Assembly (NCBI GenBank): GCA_965603825.1
Contig: CBFDEM010000046.1
Coordinates: 434,001 to 498,000 of the forward strand
Direction of reading: 5' to 3'
From: Blepharisma stoltei ATCC 30299
Taxonomy: Eukaryota > Protista > Ciliophora
Length of the DNA: 64,000 nucleotides
Below, one piece after another: positions 48,321 to 59,933 of this stretch. The translations under genes and the position numbers were made by a program. The number at the start of each line of letters is the position of its first letter. Position 1 is the stretch's first letter. A model generated the notes under the pieces. That model did not search any database and had not been told where the DNA came from. It was given only the letters and a program-made list of their open reading frames with translations.

Positions 48321-48672
48321 CTGATCTCAGAATCGCTGAGGTTTTGGGTGGGCAGCCTGAAATTGCCCAAGGTAACTAGGAGATATTAATCTAATACGTT
48401 ATCACTCAAAAATACTGAGGCTCATTATAATAAATAGAGATCGTTAGCATTAAAATTAAGAGAAAAAATTGGTGCTGCCATAATGAGAATTGGTGTATGC
48501 GAAATATCCAAATGCATATACTCTATGGGGCTACAAAGTTAAAAGTTAAGATTACTCAATCAGTCATAGAAATAGTCAAATCCTAATGAAATTATCATCA
48601 TAAACACATCATTCCACAATTAAAACTTAAAAAATATGCAGTCACATTATCAGTTCCAATCATCCCAGTATA

Positions 48673-50028
48673 TTAATCTTGTTCTAGTTTATTAACGTTC
48701 TCAAGTATAATCCTGATCGCACTAGCCACTGAGCTGGTGCTTCCTTTCAAAGTACATAGCCTGGCCTTATCTCCTTCTGGGGTATCAACTCCTTCATAAG
48801 TCTTATGAAAGGTAATTGAGCAGCTGCTCAGGTCCATCATATTCTTCACTTGTTCTCCTCCTCTTCCAATAAGCCTAGCAACCAGTTTGTCAGGCACAGT
48901 TATACTAATGGACGATTTATCGTCTCTTACTTCCCGCCTTGGTGATGGCGAATTCCTTCTTTGTGGGATCTCATAATTTTTTTCTAGGTGTTCAAAAACC
49001 ATGATTGTTGCATCTTCTTTGTAAGAAGGCGATCCTTCAATTATAACGATTACATCATCATCTCTGTCAGCATGTCTATCATTAAGTACTCTAACCTTAT
49101 TACATCTAGACCGATATTCAATTTCTTTGAGAGCAGATGCACCATTAGCTAGCAGCCTCATTTTTTGGTTAGGAGTTATTAGCATTTTTACAGATGGGTC
49201 ACGAAAGCCATCATTTAGCATGACTTCGTCAATTTTCTGGATTATTTTTGGGATTACTTGAGAGATCCCACTTTGACTGCCAGATAAAATCTATATAAAA
49301 AATACAGCTGTGTGCTCATCTTCTCTCAGAGGTCTTCGATCTCCTTTGATAAGTCTGATGTCAACGTCGAAATCAGCTTTAATTCTTTTGGTGAACTGTC
49401 CACCTTTTCCAATCAGAATTCCAGCACATGTACTGGGAACCACAAAGCGAGTCTGAGAGCGGCCTGGGGAAGGAGCTGGCTTAGGCTCAGGGCTAAAGTT
49501 TCTATCTCTAATTAGCTGGCAAATTGCTTTAGTGGCAGTTTCAATATCTATAGGTCTTCCAATAATTTTAACTTGTCGGTCAGAAGCTAAAGACTTCTTA
49601 TCATTAACAGAAATAGATGTCCCACTTTTTTCTTGGAGATATTTTACTTGTTTTCCGCCTTTTCCAATAAGAAGCGATACCATATTTTCAGGGATCAGGA
49701 TAATTACCCCATCTTCTTTCATTTTATAGTCGCCAACAGTTAAAAAATCATTAATGATTAAGTGGAACCCATGCAAGCGCTTATTTAAATCAGCACTGTA
49801 CAAACCAATGATTTTTTCTCGGGTTACTCCATTGGGTTCAAAAATGCAAATTTTGTCGATTTGGGATTCTTCTTTGATGCGGCTTGTGACATCTGGGTTG
49901 ATGAAGTGAGAAACAAGAGATTCAGGAATTAAAAGCATAAGTGAGGATTCAGGAGAAGGGGAGTTGGATGGGGATAGAGATCGAGAACGAGATCGAACTC
50001 TTCGTGATGAATTTTCTCTCGAATCCAT
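48673..50028 (-). CDS. Multi-KH-domain RNA-binding protein with RS-rich N-terminus (446 aa), one intron
   Basis: LIGKGG x2, LIGRGG plus degenerate KH repeats; intron 49291-49305. Confidence 0.9.
49291..49305 (-). other. 15-nt intron GTATTTTTTATATAG
   Basis: Consensus; removes in-frame TAG inside a KH domain. Confidence 0.92.
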
Positions 50029-50180
50029 TTATTTATGAATTGTCTTTTGAAAAGAATAATAATTTCGACTGGATTGAAAATATTAATATAAGGAAAATAT
50101 TTTGTGTTTCAGTCCATTCATAAGAACGAATAGATTCATAGAGTGGCTTCATAATCAAAATATGAGATTTATATAATTAA

Positions 50181-50552
50181 ATGTCATTCACAGGTCTAAG
50201 ACGTATTCTCAATACTAAGGATGGTTTTACTCAATACTTTCGGTTCGAGCATTCAGGTATTTATATCTTCTATGTGCTGGGCTTTTGGACGGTACATAAT
50301 ATTCCATTATCAAAATTTGAAGAATGATCATATGCATTTCAGTCGATTTTCATTGAAAGCAAAATATATTACAAAAAAGAGCCCTTGAAATTTAGTCCTC
50401 TTCAAATGACACTGGAGTTTAAGCAGGATATGCTGGAAATTGGGTTGCAGCACATACCAGAAGGTAGCAAAGAATTGAAAGAATTCAAAATAATGCTTGA
50501 GGAAACAAATAAACAAATTGAGGATATAACTGGAAATAAAATAATAAAATAA
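50181..50552 (+). CDS. Hypothetical 123-aa protein absent from the ORF track (one TGA=Trp)
   Basis: MSFTGLRRILNTK...IYIFYVLGFWTV...EEW(TGA)...NKIIK then TAA; hydrophobic segment and C-terminal coiled coil. Confidence 0.65.
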
Positions 50553-50710
50553 TTATATTTCGAGATAATATCGCATTTAAGAATATCTGATTTAGAGCTT
50601 TTTAAAATTATTTATTTTAGCCATTTTATCATAATTTAAAAAATTGCTAACATATATTCCAAATTTATTCATAAAAAATTTTATTTTAAATCTGATTATA
50701 AATACTACCA

Positions 50711-53700
50711 ATGTCCACTGTCAGAAAAGAATACTTATGCCAAGTCACGATTATCGAAGGCCGAGACCTTATTAGCCTTGAATCTTCTGGGTCATGCGAT
50801 CCATTTGTCAAAGTGACATGTGGAAATGCAGGATCCCAAGCAACCACTTGTGAAGAAGCCACCACCAATCCTTGCTGAAATCAATCTTTTACCTTTTCCC
50901 AATTACTCCTTACAAATGTTGAGCTTGAAAGCTGGGAGCTGAAAATCGAGTGCTACGGATACAGCCCATTTCTCGCGAATAAACTTATAGGGGCCTTTTC
51001 AATTGGGCTTGCGACTTTACATAGAAGTAGCAATCATGAGATCTATAATATGTGAATCAATCTTATACACCCTGACCATGGCTCCACTCCAAGAGGGTAT
51101 CTTCTGCTTAATTGCTTCATAATTGGGCCTGATGATGTCCCTCCAACTCATCTTATTGGTGATCACCTTGTAGTTGACGAAGATAAAGAAGATTCTGATG
51201 AAGAAGAAATTGAACAGTTTATGAGTCATAACCAAATAATGCAGAAGCGGCAAAAAGAGAACCAAATAAAAGTACTGGGAGGCCCCTTAATTGTGAAAAA
51301 GTCTTATCAGTTGTCGATCAATATTTATAAAGCTGAAAACCTGCCTAAGCTCAAAGGTCATCCAAGTCCTTTTGTCAGTGTTAGATCAATGGGGATTGTA
51401 GAGAAAACTCATACATGTGAATCTACCCCTTCACCGATATGAAATGTAAAGCTATCATTTCCTGCGTTTAAGCCTATTTTGAATGATAGGATAAATATTA
51501 GAGTTTGGGACCATAAGCATTTGCAGAGGGATTTATTGATAGCTACTGTCCCTGAAATTCCTTCAGACCACGATTTCTTTAATATCAATAATTTACTAAG
51601 CAGAGGAGGAGTCATGCCTTGCAGGTGAGTCAATCTTTATGGCCCAAATCCAGACGAAGAGTCCATATGGAAAGACATTAAGTATTTATCTGGCTTTGTA
51701 AAGCGCAGCTATTTAGGAAGCTGCTTTTTAGGGAGAATGCTGCTTTCTATGACAATTACACCTAATGATACCCCTGAGACCGGCCCTTCTCGAGCTTCTC
51801 CTTATAGAGAACCAATTTCGAAGCTTCATATTTTCCGTAGTATTTTATATGAGCTTAAAAATGTAAGAGGCTTAGGAAGCTCTATTAGAATCCGCGTTTC
51901 TATAGGCAACTATCATGTATTTTCAAGAAAAGCTGTCAAAAGAGAAACAACTGACTCAGACACAGGAGAAGCTTTAGAATATTTTCAATGAGGAGACCAT
52001 TACAGCGGAGAAATCGTCGACAATATCAAAGAAATTTTCCCAATTGATCCTACACAAGTCCCAGATGTAGTTTTAGATCTGTACTCAGAATATTATTTAG
52101 CCGGTGAGGCAAGGGTAGGATATATAAGGAAACCTATTTCAGAAATGATGGAAAATGATCATCCCAAATGAATTCCATTTAAGTCAATTGACACTCATTC
52201 AGAGATCGGCTCTGATTCTCCTGGACTATTACTGGCGTCACTAGCTTATTTTCCAGATGAAGAAATGAAAAACAGAACTCAAATAAGCAAGCCAAGAAAA
52301 GCTGATAAATGGCTTTGCTGGAATATTTATGGAGGATTTGATATAGCACCCAGCTTATCTGATGAAGAAATCAATTTGCAACTGAAAGTTTACTGTGGTG
52401 ACATCGTTTTGAGTTTACCTGAACATATTGCTAAAGAAAATATAGGAACAAAATATCCAATTTGAAAATGGTCTGGTGTGAAGCAGATACAACTGCATGA
52501 AGATTTGCATTTTGAGCAAAATTTGCGCGTGGAGCTTCATAATAAAATCAAAGCTCTTAAATTATATTGAACTACTCTAGAAATCGGCCAATTTTCAGTC
52601 CCTCTTCATAGATGTGATAACTTATGAAGCCAGCCTCATTTTTTTCATGTTATTAATGCTTCAGAAATAGGGGCAAGCCAAGGGAGGCTACTTGCTGATT
52701 TTTATATAAGCAAAACATATATGGAACCAGAAAATAACCCTTGTGTGAGAAACAATGAGTCTATTTTGTGCAATATTGATTTTGCTTTGATAGGGATTAG
52801 GAATTTGGTCCCACATTATGAAAACCCAAGCATTGTTATATCAATTCCTGGATATAAGATGGGGAATGGAGAAAAAGCTGAAATTCAGATCGGACATATG
52901 AAAAATAGTGACAAAGGAAACCCGAACTTCTTAAGCATTTTGCATTTTCCTAATATTGAACTACCAGTAGAGCCCATTTATTTGCCAGCAATTTATGTAA
53001 AAATAAAAGATAATGCGTTTTTATCATGAAATGAATGCTATACCTACATCCCACTGATTCCATACGCCCAGTGAATCAAAGACGAAGTGAAAAAGCAAGA
53101 GGCTCAAGATTTATATACAAGGAATTTCACAACAAAAGATCTTATTGAGCAAGCTCCTTTAAGATCATTGACCTTAAAGAAAATTAGGAGGACTGAGCAG
53201 TTTTCTTTTACTGATTATGGAGAAACCTCAGAGCCTTCAGTTATACATGACGAAACCAACAAGCCCAAGGCATCAATGGATATGATTTCTGATATTTATG
53301 AGCCCAAAAATTCAAAAGTCTTGCAGAAAATTCAGTTCGATAAATTAGAAGAAGACGAAGAAGCTGAATTAGAGCAAAGGGAAAATGAAATTTCTGAAAT
53401 CGAAGCTGAGCTGGTAGACTTAAGGGCAAGGGCAAAGAGTGCTGAGTGGAAAAAAGGTAATGTTGATGAAAAGCTGAAGAAAGAAATCAGGTATCTTGAA
53501 AAAACACTGGAAACTCTGAATGAAGGAGCAATGACTGAATTTAAATTCTTAAAAATAGATGAAAAAATTGGAGAAGACGATTTCCAATATAACAGGCCTG
53601 TTTATAAAGGTGGATTGTATGAAGAGTCATTAGATCTACCTTACCAAAGATATTTGCTGTTCACGAAAACCAAAAACACTGAGAAGCTATCTGCTTATAA

Positions 53701-55168
53701 AGTTGGTGAGCCTAATGGAGCAGTTTTAAAAGCTTGCATAAGAATAAAGCCTTGTGAAAAATCAAAAAAAGAAGAATTTTTTGAAGTCGAAGAAATGAGG
53801 TGGGGGTTTGACTTTTTCCATCCAATATTTCAAGGGTCTGGGTATTTAATGAAGGTTTTTGAATATTCATCATTTGCAGTCCGATTGTATTTATTGAGAG
53901 GGCTTTCTTTGAGTGCTGTGTCAAATGCTCCAGATTGGACTGCTTTTGCTGGAGGTCTTGAAGCCTTGTCAAGTGCTGATAGTTATCCAGAAATTTTGAC
54001 TGGAGAAGATAAAAATCAAGCTATGAAATATATATGCGACAACAGACCAGAAACTCAAACTTTAAATCCTGAATTTTTCAGAACTTATGAACTTAAAGCT
54101 GATTTCCCTTCTGACTGAAAATTAGAAATAAATATATGAAATCTAACAGAATACAGATTTGATAGTTTGATTGGAACCACAGCTATTGATTTAGAAGACA
54201 GATACTATGGCGAAAAGAAAAATCAGGATAAGTTGATGGTTAAAATTGTGAAAGAGTTTATTGATATGGAAATAAACAACACTCAAGACCCTAAGTATCG
54301 TGACTGGCTATCAAATGCAAAAAAGTTAGCAAAAAAGTATGAAGCCAATCTAGAAAATAATAAAGCTGTAGTACCAGTTGAGTACAGGACACTGCACCAC
54401 AAAGGAAAAAGCACAGCTCAAGGCATGCTTGAGTTATTTCTAGAGCTATATGAGAGCTCAGAAGCAAAGCTAGTTCCTCTCGCCAATATTTCCAAGCCCT
54501 GCCCTGAAGAATATGAGTTAAGGCTGATCTTATGGAAATGTGAAGGAATTCCTAAAGAAAATGATACTATCGATATTTATTTTCGAGCCCATTTCGATCC
54601 TACTGGGTGGCTTGAAGAGGCAACCACAAAAGAAACTGACTGTCACGTCGGCTCAGAAGACGGAAAAGGCGTGTTTAACTGAAGGATGAAATTCCATTTT
54701 CAGCTCCCTTGCAGCTTTGCAAGACTGAGGCTTGTTGCTTATGAATTTAATACGTTTGGTGATGATCGAGTGATTAGTGAAGTAGTACTAGACCTTACAC
54801 AATACTTTAAAAGAGTAATAAAAGAAGGGAAACTGAAGCTGGAAGAAGAATGGGTTGAACTGCATTTACCGAATCTACCAGGGACGAATGGAGGAAAAGC
54901 TTCAATATCTTTTGACATCTTAAGCTTAGCAGAAGCTAATCAAAGACCTGTGGGGGAGGGACAAAATGAGCCGAATAGAGATCCTGAGCTTGACCGTCCA
55001 GAAGTAGGACGAGGGGTTTCTGATTACATTAAAGGGACTGCAATAGATGTGTTTTCTTGGCCACTTCTTAATATGTCAATTTTCAAGAAAATACTTTCAG
55101 GAATTTCAATTGGAGGGATGCTGATTGTGATGTTTATTTACCCAGGATATCTTACTGGAGGAAGATAA
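50711..55168 (+). CDS. Ferlin-family multi-C2 protein with C-terminal TM anchor (1485 aa), about 14 TGA=Trp
   Basis: Seven track ORFs in one frame; C2 motifs DPFVKV, NPCWNQ, WVNLYG, TLNPEF, IGTTAIDLEDR, YELRLILW, GVFNWRMKF, PVGEGQNEPNRDP, terminal TM. Confidence 0.92.
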
Positions 55169-55319
55169 AATTAAGAAGAAATAATTTGTATCATTTAATT
55201 TAACTGCAAAAAATAAGGCACTAAGCAAAGTTTCCTATTTAAAGAGCATTAATTCATCTAATTAGTGGCCAGAATATAATATCTGATATGATCTATTAAG
55301 ATGGCTTTGATTTATAATA

Positions 55320-57389
55320 ATGAACTTTGCTGGTAAAGCTTATTTGAAGAAGAGGAACCTCCCTGTAATCAAAGAAAAAGAACTTGAAGAATCCTTTGCG
55401 CCTGCAAGCAGTCAGCTATCTGAAGCAAATTTAGAAAAATTTAATGCTTTAGAAGAGAAAAAAGAAGTAGAAGCAGCTCCGAGAAGACGAATCAGACGCC
55501 AACGTAGCGTTGAGTCAATAACAAAGCTTTCACTTGACCGATCTTTAAGCAGCGAAAGTAACTCTGAACACGATGAAGACATGGAAGGTATAGATTACTC
55601 AGACGAAGAACTCTTTAAGGCTAATGAAGAGCAAAAAATAGGTGAAGAAAGATATCATCTTAAAGTCGATACCAACGTCGTTTCAATTGCTTTAGGAACT
55701 CTTCAACAAGCAGGAATATTTGCTACTGGAGAGCCAGTCTTTTGTCCTTCTTGCCAAGCTGCATTGAACTGTTATTCCCGTATCATTAATAACCCTGATG
55801 ACACCCAAACATGGAAATGCGAGTTCTGTGAAGCAGAAAATACTATAAATGTCGAAAATGAAGAAATCCCTCAAGGAGAAACCCTTGATTATATGATAAT
55901 GTCAGCGAATCAAATGGCAGAAGCTAATCAATCTGCAAGTGAAGAAAACAAAGAAATTCATGTTGTATTTTGTATCGATATAAGTGGTAGCATGTGCGTA
56001 AGTGAAGCAGTCACAGGAAAAATCCAGCTAAAAACCCATAAGAAAATTGATCTGGGGATTTCTGATTTTGATATGAACGAGCAGTTTATGGAAGGGGAGC
56101 ATCAGATCACTTATGTTAGCCGACTGGAATGTGTGCAAGCAGCAATTGAAGCCCAACTTCAGCAGATGGCAGTTGCAACACCTGATAGAAAAGTGGGGAT
56201 TGTTACGTTTAATTCTGAAGTCTCTATCATAGGAGATGGAACTGCTGAAGCGGTTACACTTGTGGGGGATAAACTTTGGAATTTTGATACTTGTTTGCAA
56301 ACTGGAATTGCATCTGAAAGCAGAATGAGGCAAACCATTCAAAATACAAAGGATAGTATGGTCGAAAAATTGATTAATTTATATGAAGGAGGCCCAACTG
56401 CACTTGGCCCTGCATTAGTTGCTGCTATTGGTATTGCTACTAATGGAAGACCAGGCTCAAAAGTTGTAGTCTGCACTGACGGTCTTGCTAATGTCGGCCT
56501 TGGGAAACTAGATGAAACTCAAGATTGGGAACAAGCTGAAATGTTCTACACCAAAGTAGGAAATCTAGCTAAAGAGAAAGGAATTGAAATCTCGGTTATC
56601 AGCATCACTGGAGAAGACTGCAAACTGTCTCAGCTTGGAAGAGTTTGTGAGCTTACAGGAGGTGACATTGTAAGAGTGAGTCCTCTGAACATTGCTAATG
56701 AATTTGCAAGCATTCTACAGACCCCTGTAATTGCGACACAAGTATCAGCTTTAATTAAGCTTCACAGAGGCTTGATGTTTAGATATCAGAATGAAGGACT
56801 AATAGATCCTAGCACTCTGAAAAAAGAGCTAGGAAATGTGACAGCTGAAGCAGAGTTCACATTTGAATACTCCACAAGACCTTCTACAGAATTAGAAGCA
56901 CTAGGCATAGACCCTGGAAGCAATGAGAAAATTCCTTTCCAGACCCAAATTCACTTCACTAAGCCTGATGGGATGAGATGCATGAGGGTATTGACAAGTT
57001 TGCAAGATGTGACTGATGATTTAGATGAAGCAGCCACAAATGTGGACTTAAAAGTGTTAGGAGTTAATGCCGCTCAGAGATCAGCCCAGTTGGCAAGCCA
57101 GGGAGAGTATCGAGAAGCTCAAGCAGTCATGAGGTCTTGGAAAAGAATGATGAAAAGAAACGCAGGTGAAGAGCAGCAGCATTATGTCAACTATTATCTG
57201 GATAATATGACAGAACTTAATAGAAATCTCAACGATGTTATAGAAGGAGAAAAACTGTCTAGTCAGGATATGAGAAGAGAAGAATTGCAGCAAGCAAGAA
57301 ATATTAGCAGAAATGACCATCTGAGTCATATGGCTTTTAGAGCCAAAAATGCAAGCAGCAACCAAAAGAAAGAATGCACTATTATGTAG
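55320..57389 (+). CDS. Sec23/24-type Zn finger + vWA protein (similar to the non-Ras part of circularly permuted Ras protein 1)
   Basis: CPSC...WKCEFC; MIDAS DISGSM, GPTALGPAL, CTDGLAN. Confidence 0.82.
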   Translation: MNFAGKAYLKKRNLPVIKEKELEESFAPASSQLSEANLEKFNALEEKKEVEAAPRRRIRRQRSVESITKLSLDRSLSSESNSEHDEDMEGIDYSDEELFKANEEQKIGEERYHLKVDTNVVSIALGTLQQAGIFATGEPVFCPSCQAALNCYSRIINNPDDTQTWKCEFCEAENTINVENEEIPQGETLDYMIMSANQMAEANQSASEENKEIHVVFCIDISGSMCVSEAVTGKIQLKTHKKIDLGISDFDMNEQFMEGEHQITYVSRLECVQAAIEAQLQQMAVATPDRKVGIVTFNSEVSIIGDGTAEAVTLVGDKLWNFDTCLQTGIASESRMRQTIQNTKDSMVEKLINLYEGGPTALGPALVAAIGIATNGRPGSKVVVCTDGLANVGLGKLDETQDWEQAEMFYTKVGNLAKEKGIEISVISITGEDCKLSQLGRVCELTGGDIVRVSPLNIANEFASILQTPVIATQVSALIKLHRGLMFRYQNEGLIDPSTLKKELGNVTAEAEFTFEYSTRPSTELEALGIDPGSNEKIPFQTQIHFTKPDGMRCMRVLTSLQDVTDDLDEAATNVDLKVLGVNAAQRSAQLASQGEYREAQAVMRSWKRMMKRNAGEEQQHYVNYYLDNMTELNRNLNDVIEGEKLSSQDMRREELQQARNISRNDHLSHMAFRAKNASSNQKKECTIM

Positions 57390-57544
57390 TGCCAATTAAT
57401 TCAATAATCAGCATTATTTATTATAAATTTTAAGCGATTTCGTAAAGATGAATATTAGAAAAATTCATATAATTATTTTATTAAATTTTATCAGAGGGAC
57501 GATGTAGGGATATAAAATGAATCTTGCAATTTTTAAATTAACTT

Positions 57545-57616
57545 GCATCATTAGTCTAGAGGTTAGGATGGTTGCCTTCCAAGCAGTCGACCCGGGTTCG
57601 AGTCCCGGATGATGCA
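57545..57616 (+). tRNA. tRNA-Gly (anticodon TCC)
   Basis: Acceptor GCATCAT/ATGATGC, anticodon loop CT-TCC-AA (TCC 57578-57580), T arm CCGGG-TTCGAGT-CCCGG, followed by TTTTT Pol III terminator. Confidence 0.95.
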
Positions 57617-57873
57617 TTTTTATAATATTTATTATGGTTTATATCTGAGCAGATTAAAGAGCTTATCTCTGAATTGAAAGGCCTTATCATTTTTGAGCTA
57701 TATATATATTAATTTTCAAGTTTTATAATTAAGAATTTATTAAATTAAATTTGATAAAAAAGCTTAGTTTGATATTTAGCTGCACCAAAGAAACTTGAAA
57801 TTCGTAATTTATAAGTCTTTATCATAAATTTTTTAAATTTTAAAGCTGTATTTCATTAGCCCATAAAAATTAA

Positions 57874-58329
57874 ATGGCAACAGTAACAACTCAAGCCTTC
57901 TTTGGTTTTATGGGTGTATCAAGCGCTTTGGTATTCGCTAACCTTGGAGCAGCCTACGGAACAGCCAAAAGCGGTGTTGGAATTTCATCAATGGGTGTAA
58001 TCAAGCCAGAACTTATCATGAAGTCCATTATCCCAGTTGTCATGGCTGGTGTCTTAGGTATTTATGGACTTATCGTTGCAGTTATCTTAGTTCAAAAGAT
58101 TAACGACAATGATTACAGCTTCTATGATGGATACAAGCATTTGGCTTCAGGACTTTGTTGTGGATTAAGCTCTCTGGCAGCTGGGATGGCAATAGGAATA
58201 GTGGGAGACGCTGGAGTTAGGGCTAATGCTCAGCAGGATAAAATCTTTGTAGGCATGATTTTGATACTCATCTTTGCTGAAGCCTTGGGGCTTTACGGAT
58301 TGATTATTGCTCTGATCTTATCCCAATAA
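57874..58329 (+). CDS. VMA3: V-type ATPase 16-kDa proteolipid subunit c
   Basis: [44 protein letters not shown]. Confidence 0.97.
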   Translation: MATVTTQAFFGFMGVSSALVFANLGAAYGTAKSGVGISSMGVIKPELIMKSIIPVVMAGVLGIYGLIVAVILVQKINDNDYSFYDGYKHLASGLCCGLSSLAAGMAIGIVGDAGVRANAQQDKIFVGMILILIFAEALGLYGLIIALILSQ

Positions 58330-58835
58330 AATAGATAGAATTTAGAGTTAAGACATAACATTAGAATTAGTAAAAAGGCTAAACAATAAGAAAATGCTTT
58401 ATGATCGAACGGATTAAAACTTTGTTATAAATATAGTTTAATTTATAATCTTATCAATAAGTTATTTAAATCCTCACACATTTTATTCGTAATTATTTAT
58501 ATCAATTTAGTGATACTCCGAAAATTATTTTATAAAACTAATACTGTTAAATATACCTAGAACTTCGCCAAATAGGATTAATAATTTATAACGATAGCAG
58601 AATAAGTTATATATATAATGAGCTCTAAGCCTTCATTTCATTTATGCTATTAATTTATACTTTTAGTAATAAGCATATTTTTCTATATGTTTTTCCTATT
58701 CTTTATTTAACTATTTATTTCTAGCATTTTAAAACAGCTTCAAAATAATACTATACAATGTTCATTAGTTCAAGACATTGAATATACCTATTTTGTATTG
58801 ATAGAGGCGATGTCTGTTATGAAAAGTTAATAATT

Positions 58836-59849
58836 TTAACCTCTTGGTCTTCTTGGTCTTCTCTCTCCTCTTCCCTCTCCTCTTCCTCTGTATTTTCCTC
58901 TTCCTCTAGGCTTTTCAGCTTCTTGAGGTGGAGGCTGTCGTTTAGGCTTTTTGCGTCCTACTTCAACAAAACCTTCGTCTTCTGGATCAACTTTCTTTGT
59001 ATCTTCCTTCACTTCTTCCTTAGGCAGTTCTTCTTCTTCCTCATCCTCAATATCAGCCCAATTGCTTGAGATAACTCCTCCATGCTCTAATATTACTTTC
59101 GTTTCTTCTTCAGGCTTTTGAGGAATTTCTTCCACAACTGCTTCAACAGGAGCAGGCTCCTCAACTTTTGCTGGCTCTTGAACTTGAACTGGTTCAGGGG
59201 GCGGCAAAGTGTTTTGCTGAGCTACATGATGATGGACTTCTGTGGTTTCCAAAGATAACTCTGGCTTTACAGGCTCATCTGGACGTACTTGGGTTTCGCA
59301 CCACTTTTGAGCTCGTGCTGCAAATTCATAAAGACCTTTATATGTTCTAAGAGTTCCAGGAGCAACCTGATCACTTTGATTAAGGTAGGACTTTACCGAT
59401 TTTTGGAGGTCATCTAAAATAGTAGAAAACCTATCTCCAGCTTGTCCTCTGCAGCCGCTATGAAAGTGGAGAAATGATTCTAGGTCGCCTTCACTTGGAT
59501 TTTCTTGTTTGAATTTATCTTTAATTTCTGAATTCTTTAAGAACTCTCCTAAGACCCATAAATTGACAGCATCGATGCTTCTATCTTCTTCTACTTTGTG
59601 CTCAACTGGCTTCTTTTCTTTTGGAGCTTCTGGCTGAGGGTTTTTGCAGAGTTCAATAATTTTTTCGACTTCAGCTAAGAAATCTTCTGTTTGTGATTTA
59701 GAATCTAGCATTTTCTTTTCTTCCCCTTTAACTTCTTTCCCAGAAGCTTTCACTTCTGCTTCCTTGAGTTTTATTCTTTCCAATTTTTTCGTAAGATTTC
59801 TCTTCCTTTTCTGTAAAGCAGTCATGAAGTCTTCTTGAACAGGCTCCAT
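58836..59849 (-). CDS. Caprin-like RNA-granule protein with RG-rich tail
   Basis: N-terminal KRKRNLTKKL helix, acidic linker with NWAD and GFVEV motifs, RGRG C-terminus. Confidence 0.6.
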   Translation of the reverse strand: MEPVQEDFMTALQKRKRNLTKKLERIKLKEAEVKASGKEVKGEEKKMLDSKSQTEDFLAEVEKIIELCKNPQPEAPKEKKPVEHKVEEDRSIDAVNLWVLGEFLKNSEIKDKFKQENPSEGDLESFLHFHSGCRGQAGDRFSTILDDLQKSVKSYLNQSDQVAPGTLRTYKGLYEFAARAQKWCETQVRPDEPVKPELSLETTEVHHHVAQQNTLPPPEPVQVQEPAKVEEPAPVEAVVEEIPQKPEEETKVILEHGGVISSNWADIEDEEEEELPKEEVKEDTKKVDPEDEGFVEVGRKKPKRQPPPQEAEKPRGRGKYRGRGEGRGERRPRRPRG

Positions 59850-59933
59850 TTCTTAATTATTGTCCATACTTAGCAGAGTATTAAACACAAGAATTATCTT
59901 CTAATAAATGGGCTAGATATAAAAAAATCAGAA

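Noticed and set aside
48324-48369. Two small hairpins after the stop codon (similar ones near 533, 11434, 37164, 47137)
   Set aside because: Stems of 5-8 bp are within chance expectation
50711-55168. Fragmented ORFs interpreted as pseudogenes, or TGA as selenocysteine
   Set aside because: All fragments are in frame, every break is TGA at a conserved Trp position, and there are no frameshifts or TAA/TAG
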